Below the pieces are notes generated by a model. It searched no databases. It was not told the DNA's origin and saw nothing but the letters and a program-made list of their open reading frames with translations. Source: a virus (lineage: Duplodnaviria; Heunggongvirae; Uroviricota; Caudoviricetes). Taken from it: a stretch of DNA of 36,341 nt. The DNA lies in the IMG/VR virus record IMGVR_UViG_2778261216_000003; one strand, given 5' to 3'. Positions within the stretch are counted from its first letter, which is position 1; every line of letters begins with the position of its first letter. Below are positions 30,549-36,341 of the stretch, piece by piece. The position numbers were made by a program, and so were the translations under genes.

Positions 30549-31050
30549 AATTCCATCCAGCTTTTTGTTGGTATTGCTGTCGATACGCAAGTTTGAAAGC
30601 AATTGCTTTTTCTATAAGTTCGTCAGTTTCACGATCCACTACGGCAGGATCAGCAAAAAGCAGTCCGGACTCCACCACATCGCCATATTCTTTGTTTAAC
30701 CCGGCGATCATGTACGTGATGCTTTTTCCGTCACTAATTTCACGATACAACCTGAAATCATTAATCCGGATAGCCTCCATAATTGCAGGCACTAGCGCCG
30801 TGAACTTTTCACGCTTATCCCTGGTGTCGATAGCCTTCCAGCGTTCGAATATCTTCACTCGATTAACGCCAAGCGCTCGCTGATCAACCGCGCCACCTTC
30901 ATCTGTGACACGCTGAACATCGATGTTCGGGCGCTCTTTCAAAGCCCAGAATGCTTCAGTGATTAATATCGTCGCCTGCTCCTGTGTCATTCCTGGTCGA
31001 CATATCCAGGCATCCAGAGCCTCACGAGCCTGTTCAGGAGTGATTTTCAT
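30529..31050 (-). CDS. Hypothetical early-operon protein (173 aa), between Cro-like DicC and the replication initiator
   Basis: ORF with start overlapping the dicC-like stop and end overlapping the O-like start; occupies the cII/YdaT-like position; no family recognised. Confidence 0.55.
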   Translation of the reverse strand: MKITPEQAREALDAWICRPGMTQEQATILITEAFWALKERPNIDVQRVTDEGGAVDQRALGVNRVKIFERWKAIDTRDKREKFTALVPAIMEAIRINDFRLYREISDGKSITYMIAGLNKEYGDVVESGLLFADPAVVDRETDELIEKAIAFKLAYRQQYQQKAGWNYEPSFC

Positions 31051-31261
31051 TGTTCAACCGCCCCGCCCGCTTCGTCTTACGATATTCGTCATAAACCTTG
31101 GGATCATACAGAAGCTCGCCGCCAGATGCCTCCTGTAGACGCATCGCGCGACCTTCAGGAACCAGCTCTTGCCATTGAGAAACAGCAGATGGGTCAACGC
31201 CAGCAGCTTTCGCTACTTTGGCTTTCGTACCGTAAAAATTAATTACGTCTGATTTAAACAT
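31034..31261 (-). CDS. dicC: Cro-like repressor DicC (75 aa)
   Basis: From the ATG at 31261 (GGAGGTG Shine-Dalgarno): MFKSDVINFYGTKAKVAKAAGVDPSAVSQWQELVPEGRAMRLQEASGGELLYDPKVYDEYRK...; divergent from dicA across a 77-bp intergenic region. Confidence 0.75.
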   Translation of the reverse strand: MFKSDVINFYGTKAKVAKAAGVDPSAVSQWQELVPEGRAMRLQEASGGELLYDPKVYDEYRKTKRAGRLNNENHS

Positions 31262-31338
31262 CGCACCTCCAGTATTGAGTTTTCTCAATGCTAATCACTC
31301 AAGGAATCTCAAGTCAAGGGTTATTAAGATATCTAAAT
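31262..31338. promoter_or_regulatory. Divergent promoter/operator region of the immunity switch (dicA to the right, dicC to the left)
   Basis: 77-bp intergenic region containing the inverted repeat ATTGAGttttCTCAAT and a second partial dyad (TCAAGgaatcTCAAG); typical repressor/Cro operator architecture. Confidence 0.5.
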
Positions 31339-31746
31339 ATGAACGAGAAAACTTTAGGTCAACGCATTAGAGAAAGACGTAAGCAGGTAGGTTTAAGTCA
31401 AAACGGTTTAAGCAAAGCTGCTGGCGTATCTGGCTCATCAATTTCATTATGGGAAAGTGACCATACAGCCCCGCGCGGGCAAAATTTGCATCGCCTCGCC
31501 GAGGTATTGCAATGTTCACCAACCTGGATACTGTTTGGCGACGAGGACAAAACACCAGCTCCCCCTGTTTCACTCGATAGTGCCTTAGACTTATCGGAAG
31601 ATGAGTTAGAGATGCTGCGTTTGTATCGCGCACTTCCTAAATCAGAGCAACAAGCACAACTCAGCGAACTCCGCGCCCGCGTTGAGAATTTTAATCGCCT
31701 GTTCACCGAGCTATTAGAGGCTCGCAAACGCAACAAGCATCAATAA
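31339..31746 (+). CDS. dicA: Prophage repressor DicA (XRE-family HTH, 135 aa)
   Basis: From the ATG at 31339: MNEKTLGQRIRERRKQVGLSQNGLSKAAGVSGSSISLWESDHTAPRGQNLHRLAEVLQCSPTWILFGDEDK...; the HTH and the LQCSPTWILFGDEDK block match recalled K-12 DicA. Confidence 0.85.
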   Translation: MNEKTLGQRIRERRKQVGLSQNGLSKAAGVSGSSISLWESDHTAPRGQNLHRLAEVLQCSPTWILFGDEDKTPAPPVSLDSALDLSEDELEMLRLYRALPKSEQQAQLSELRARVENFNRLFTELLEARKRNKHQ

Positions 31747-31938
31747 TCATCCCTTCACAAAATTTTAAAGCCTTACATTTCAATGTATTGGCTTTATCTT
31801 GCGCCAATACTTGAGTTTTCTCATCAAAAAGCCTTGACGAAAAATAATGAGAAAACTAAATTACCTCCATCAACACACCGCACGGTGTTCTCAGCAAACA
31901 GTTCCGCTACCCCGGCGTTAAGGGGAAATGAGGTCAGC

Positions 31939-32094
31939 ATGGATACTATCGATCTTGGCAACAACGAATCTCTGGTGTACGGCGTGTTTCCAAACCAGGA
32001 CGGCACGTTCACCGCAATGACGTATACCAAAAGCAAAACGTTTAAAACCGAAAATGGTGCCCGTCGCTGGCTGGAAAGAAACTCAGGTGAGTGA
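31939..32094 (+). CDS. ydfA: YdfA-like small protein (51 aa)
   Basis: ATG at 31939 with GAGGT Shine-Dalgarno: MDTIDLGNNESLVYGVFPNQDGTFTAMTYTKSKTFKTENGARRWLERNSGE; first gene of the dicA-controlled operon as in Qin. Confidence 0.65.
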   Translation: MDTIDLGNNESLVYGVFPNQDGTFTAMTYTKSKTFKTENGARRWLERNSGE

Positions 32095-32095
32095 T

Positions 32096-32671
32096 ATGGA
32101 TTTCGACACAATCATGGAAAAGGCTTACGAAGAATACTTCGAAGGCCTTGCCGAAGGCGAAGAAGCTCTCAGCTTCAGTGAGTTTAAACAGGCACTCAGA
32201 ATAAGAATGCGCTCTCACAATGACGCGGAGCACAAATATGAGAAGCAAAATCAGACCGCAGAAAATTTTGTTCTGGAACCCGGAGAAACGCTTTTCAAAA
32301 TTCCCGTTACGTGCCCCATTTGCGGTTTTACATCAGAAGAACTTGACGACTCCTGTAACAATCAGGAAACAACCAAGTATGTCGAAGATGATACCGAGTG
32401 CGCACGAAGAACGATTATATCCACGAGTCCAAACTCCAGGACCAATAAATCTCACTTTGAGAGGGTGATTAATCCACTCCCCCAAACCAATAAAAAAGAT
32501 GCCGGAGGACAAAAAAACCAATGGAACAACGGGATATCTGTCAAAAAAAGACGTTCCATTAAAGACAAACAACGCAGCGCCAACAACTGTAAGCGCTTTA
32601 TACCAGTAATCAATTTTCATGTTCTTAAGCGGATTTATTGGTGGTTGCGACATTGCTTAATGAATCCTTAA
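32096..32671 (+). CDS. Hypothetical protein in the ydfB/ydfC position (191 aa as one ORF; the basic low-complexity C-terminal half may not be real)
   Basis: ATG at 32096 right after the ydfA stop with GGTGAG Shine-Dalgarno; acidic N-terminus MDFDTIMEKAYEEYFEGLAEGEE...; a competing antisense ORF with three hydrophobic segments exists at 32333-32653. Confidence 0.35.
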   Translation: MDFDTIMEKAYEEYFEGLAEGEEALSFSEFKQALRIRMRSHNDAEHKYEKQNQTAENFVLEPGETLFKIPVTCPICGFTSEELDDSCNNQETTKYVEDDTECARRTIISTSPNSRTNKSHFERVINPLPQTNKKDAGGQKNQWNNGISVKKRRSIKDKQRSANNCKRFIPVINFHVLKRIYWWLRHCLMNP

Positions 32672-32930
32672 AACTGTGGTGATTTTAAGGATACCACCTC
32701 GCCTGACGTGGTTAAAAGCAGGCACACAACACGAAAGCGCACGGCGAAGTTCGTCTCACTGTACGGTGTCGTCAAATTTAATTCGACCGTGCGCTTCCGG
32801 TTGTGGCAACCCGCGAAATGGCGCGGCGGTAAGTATGGCGGGGTTATTCCTTCCCCGTTGAGGACACCGAGTTGTCAGGTTGACCATACGCTTAAGCGAC
32901 AACCCCGCTGCAACGCCCTCTGTTATCAAT

Positions 32931-32988
32931 TTTCTGGTGACGTTTGGCGGTATCAGTTTTACTCCGTGACTGCTCTGCCGCCGTTTTT
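32931..32988 (+). ncRNA. dicF: DicF small RNA (ftsZ-targeting antisense sRNA)
   Basis: Sequence TTTCTGGTGACGTTTGGCGGTATCAGTTTTACTCCGTGACTGCTCTGCCGCCGTTTTT matches recalled DicF almost base for base, including the 3' GGCGG...CCGCC stem and U-tract; lies immediately upstream of dicB. Confidence 0.75.
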
Positions 32989-33157
32989 AAAGTGAATTTT
33001 GTGATGCGGTGAATGCGGCTAAGCGCACGCGGAACAGTTAAAACCAAAAACAGTGTTATGGGTGGATTCTCTGTATCCGGCGTTAATTGTTAACTGGTTA
33101 ACGTCACCTGGAGGCACCAGGCACTGCATCACAAAATTCATTGTTGAGGACGCGATA

Positions 33158-33346
33158 ATGAAAACGTTATTACCAAACGTTAATACGTCTGAAGGTTGTT
33201 TTGAAATTGGTGTCACTATCAGTAACCCTGTATTTACTGAAGATGCCATTAACAAGAGAAAACAAGAACGGGAGCTATTAAATAAAATATGCATTGTTTC
33301 AATGCTGGCTCGTTTACGTCTGATGCCAAAAGGATGTGCACAATGA
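33158..33346 (+). CDS. dicB: Cell-division inhibitor DicB (62 aa)
   Basis: ATG at 33158 with GAGGA Shine-Dalgarno: MKTLLPNVNTSEGCFEIGVTISNPVFTEDAINKRKQERELLNKICIVSMLARLRLMPKGCAQ, matching recalled K-12 DicB. Confidence 0.85.
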   Translation: MKTLLPNVNTSEGCFEIGVTISNPVFTEDAINKRKQERELLNKICIVSMLARLRLMPKGCAQ

Positions 33347-33534
33347 ATTCAGCATTTGCGCTTGTTCTGACAGTTTTTCTTGTTTCCGGAGAGCCAGTTG
33401 ATATTGCAGTCAGTGTTCACAGGACAATGCAGGAGTGTATGACTGCAGCAACCGAACAGAAAATTCCCGGTAACTGTTACCCGGTCGATAAAGTTATTCA
33501 CCAGTATAATATCGAAATCCCGGCAGGTCTTTAA
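33343..33534 (+). CDS. ydfD: YdfD-like small membrane/lysis protein (63 aa)
   Basis: ATG overlapping the dicB stop (ATGA); MNSAFALVLTVFLVSGEPVDIAVSVHRTMQECMTAATEQKIPGNCYPVDKVIHQYNIEIPAGL with an N-terminal hydrophobic segment. Confidence 0.7.
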   Translation: MNSAFALVLTVFLVSGEPVDIAVSVHRTMQECMTAATEQKIPGNCYPVDKVIHQYNIEIPAGL

Positions 33535-33627
33535 AACAGTTCCGTAATAAATATCCGGTTTCATTCTTATATGCCAGCAATGGCAGGGATTTGTTCATCC
33601 TTAAATCTGTCATGAGGTTAAAACAAA

Positions 33628-36099
33628 ATGAGTAAAGTCTTTATTTGCGCCGCTATTCCTGACGAACTGGCAACAAGGGAAGAAGGCGCTGTGGCTGTAG
33701 CCACAGCCATTGAAGCTGGCGACGAACGCCGTGCTCGAGCAAAATTTCACTGGCAATTCCTGGAACATTATCCGGCTGCTCAGGACTGCGCTTATAAATT
33801 TATTGTCTGCGAGGATAAACCTGGCATACCCCGCCCTGCCCTCGATTCATGGGATGCTGAATATATGCAGGAAAACCGCTGGGATGAGGAGTCTGCTTCT
33901 TTTGTCCCGGTTGAGACTGAATCCGATCCGATGAACGTCACTTTTGACAAGCTGGCCCCTGAAGTACAGAACGCTGTCATGGTTAAGTTCGACACATGTG
34001 AAAACATCACCGTTGATATGGTTATTAGCGCACAGGAATTGTTGCAGGAAGACATGGCAACATTCGACGGACATATCGTTGAAGCGTTGATGAAAATGCC
34101 AGAAGTTAACGCCATGTATCCGGAGCTTAAGTTGCACGCCATTGGGTGGGTTAAGCATAAATGTATTCCTGGTGCTAAATGGCCCGAAATTCAGGCAGAG
34201 ATGCGCATCTGGAAAAAACGTCGCGAAGGTGAACGCAAGGAAACCGGAAAATACACGTCTGTTGTTGATCTCGCCCGCGCCAGAGCCAATCAACAGTACA
34301 CTGAAAATTCAACAGGAAAAATCAGCCCGGTCATTGCTGCCATTCATCGCGAATACAAGCAGACATGGAAAACACTGGATGACGAACTGGCCTACGCTCT
34401 CTGGCCTGGTGATGTGGATGCCGGAAACATTGACGGCAGCATCCATCGCTGGGCAAAAAATGAAGTTATCGATAACGACCGCGAAGACTGGAAGCGTATC
34501 TCGGCATCAATGCGCAAACAGCCTGATGCCCTTCGCTACGACCGCCAAACTATTTTTGGCCTTGTCCGTGAACGTCCGATCGACATTCACAAAGATCCCG
34601 TAGCACTGAACAAATATATCTGCGAATACCTGACGACAAAGGGCGTGTTTGAGAATGAAGAAACAGACCTGGGCACTGTTGATGTTCTCCAGTCATCAGA
34701 AACACAAACTGATGCAGTGGAAACTGAGGTATCTGATATCCCAAAAAATGAAACCGCGCCGGAAGCTGAACCATCTGTAGAGCGTGAGGGGCCGTTCTAT
34801 TTCCTCTTCGCAGATAAGGACGGAGAAAAATACGGTCGCGCAAACAAACTTTCTGGTCTGGATAAGGCACTGGCTGCTGGCGCCACTGAAATCACAAAAG
34901 AAGAATATTTTGCCCGAAAAAATGGCACATACACGGGCTTACCGCAAAATGTAGATACCGCTGAAGATTCAGAACAACCAGAGCCGATAAAAGTTACCGC
35001 TGACGAAGTAAACAAAATTATGCAGGCAGCCAATATCATCCAGCCTGACGCCGATAAGTTGCTTGCTGCATCACGTGGTGAATTTGTTGAAGGGATTAGT
35101 GACCCGAATGATCCGAAATGGGTTAAGGGGATCCAGACCCGCGATTCTGTGAACCAGAACCAGCATGAATCGGAACGGAACTACCAAAAAGCGGAACAAA
35201 ACAGCCCAAATGCGTTACAAAACGAGCCAGAAACGAAACAGCCTGAATCAGTGGCGCAACAGGAAGTGGAAAAAGTCTGCACCGCCTGCGGTCAGACCGG
35301 CGGCGGCAACTGCCCTGATTGTGGCGCGGTAATGGGCGACGCAACATACCAGGAAACATTCGATGAAGAGTATCAGGTTGAAGTTCAGGAAGATGATCCG
35401 GAGAAAATGGAAGGCGCTGAACATCCACACAAGGAGAACACTGGCGGCAATCAGCATCACGATAGCGATAATGAAACTGGCGAGACGGCAGATCACTCAA
35501 TTAAGGTGAACGGTCATCACGAAATCACATCCACCAGCAGGACGTGTGACCATCTAATGATCGACCTTGAAACCATGGGAAAAAATCCTGATGCCCCGAT
35601 CATCTCAATAGGTGCAATATTTTTCGATCCGCAAACCGGAGATATGGGACCGGAATTTATTAAGACTATCGATCTGGAAACTGCTGGCGGAGTCATTGAT
35701 CGGGACACCATTAAATGGTGGTTTAAGCAATCACGCGAAGCGCAATCTGCCATTATGACCGATGAAATCCCGTTAGATGATGCACTGTTACAATTGCGGG
35801 AATTTATCGACGAAAACTCCGGTGAATTTTTTGTTCAGGTCTGGGGAAATGGAGCCAACTTCGACAACACGATTTTGCGCCGTTCATACGAACGGCAGGG
35901 GATCCCCTGCCCGTGGCGTTACTACAACGATCGCGATGTACGCACAATCGTTGAGCTGGGGAAAGCCATAGACTTCGATGCCAGAACGGCTATTCAATTC
36001 GAAGGTGAGCGCCATAATGCACTTGATGACGCCCGTTACCAGGCAAAATACGTTTCAGTTATCTGGCAAAAACTGATCCCGAGTCAGGCTGATTCTTAA
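33628..36099 (+). CDS. Prophage exonuclease (823 aa) with C-terminal DnaQ-like DEDDh 3'-5' exonuclease domain
   Basis: C-terminal ~185 aa carry Exo I (MIDLETMG), Exo II (VWGNGANFDNT) and Exo III (HNALDDARYQAKYV) motifs; a long acidic middle region and a CxxC...CxxC pair (CTACGQTGGGNCPDCG) lie upstream; positioned downstream of dicB/ydfD where Qin carries ydfE. Confidence 0.78.
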   Translation: MSKVFICAAIPDELATREEGAVAVATAIEAGDERRARAKFHWQFLEHYPAAQDCAYKFIVCEDKPGIPRPALDSWDAEYMQENRWDEESASFVPVETESDPMNVTFDKLAPEVQNAVMVKFDTCENITVDMVISAQELLQEDMATFDGHIVEALMKMPEVNAMYPELKLHAIGWVKHKCIPGAKWPEIQAEMRIWKKRREGERKETGKYTSVVDLARARANQQYTENSTGKISPVIAAIHREYKQTWKTLDDELAYALWPGDVDAGNIDGSIHRWAKNEVIDNDREDWKRISASMRKQPDALRYDRQTIFGLVRERPIDIHKDPVALNKYICEYLTTKGVFENEETDLGTVDVLQSSETQTDAVETEVSDIPKNETAPEAEPSVEREGPFYFLFADKDGEKYGRANKLSGLDKALAAGATEITKEEYFARKNGTYTGLPQNVDTAEDSEQPEPIKVTADEVNKIMQAANIIQPDADKLLAASRGEFVEGISDPNDPKWVKGIQTRDSVNQNQHESERNYQKAEQNSPNALQNEPETKQPESVAQQEVEKVCTACGQTGGGNCPDCGAVMGDATYQETFDEEYQVEVQEDDPEKMEGAEHPHKENTGGNQHHDSDNETGETADHSIKVNGHHEITSTSRTCDHLMIDLETMGKNPDAPIISIGAIFFDPQTGDMGPEFIKTIDLETAGGVIDRDTIKWWFKQSREAQSAIMTDEIPLDDALLQLREFIDENSGEFFVQVWGNGANFDNTILRRSYERQGIPCPWRYYNDRDVRTIVELGKAIDFDARTAIQFEGERHNALDDARYQAKYVSVIWQKLIPSQADS

Positions 36100-36341
36100 T
36101 GTTCAACTGTCGCCGGTTGTGACTGGTATTCTGCAACCGGCGCTCGTCTAATATAAGAGATAAAGAAATCGATGAGCGAAGTAATCATGATTGTCTCTCC
36201 CGGCAAATGGGTATCCGAAGAGCAGTTAATTGCGCTGAAAGGAATAAAAAAAGGTACGTTAAAAGTAAGCGCCTCATCTGAACCGTCTGGTCTGTTTCCT
36301 CCGGCTCCACAAAAATAATGTCCATCATTTTTAATGGACAC

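Noticed and set aside
32708-32995. 95-aa plus-strand ORF covering the DicF region
   Set aside because: It spans the DicF sRNA and its terminator; Arg-rich translation of a structured RNA region.
36096-36341. 81-aa minus-strand ORF at the right edge, and a 48-aa plus ORF at 36172-36318
   Set aside because: The minus ORF is antisense to the end of the exonuclease gene and the following intergenic region. The plus 48-aa ORF (MSEVIMIVSPGKW...) has only a weak ribosome-binding site; it is possibly real but there is not enough evidence to annotate.

Overview
This window is most of a lambdoid (Qin/DLP12-like) Escherichia coli prophage, read by eye without tools; all homology calls are from recall of protein families and gene order, not database searches. 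Positions 1-17165 carry a lambda-type morphogenesis operon entirely on the minus strand, in lambda order: terminase small and large subunits, W, portal, a ClpP-like protease fused to the major capsid protein, head-tail joining proteins, Z, U, V, G and G-T (-1 frameshift), tape measure H, M, L, K, I, and the 5' part of J, which is truncated at the window edge. A cosN-like site lies about 175 bp upstream of the terminase small subunit. Positions 17.2-23.3 kb carry small accessory genes (YbcW/YbcV-like, GnsB-like, three cold-shock paralogs cspI/cspB/cspF) interleaved with a phage-21-type lysis cassette (pinholin, SAR endolysin, Rz with embedded Rz1). Positions 23.5-26.5 kb carry the late promoter/terminator, antiterminator Q, a DUF968/HNH protein, a Rem-like ORF and a hokD/mok toxin locus without relBE. 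Positions 29.1-36.1 kb carry an O-like replication initiator with five 23-bp-period iterons in its coding sequence, a DicA/DicC immunity switch, the ydfA-DicF-dicB-ydfD division-inhibition operon and an 823-aa exonuclease. The most interesting element is a lone plus-strand, AT-rich 595-aa gene (27135-28922) inserted between hokD and the replication module, with a C-terminal HEPN-like R-x4-H-G motif; I regard it as a candidate single-gene anti-phage/abortive-infection protein. No CRISPR array, tRNA/rRNA gene, IS element or integrase was found in the window.
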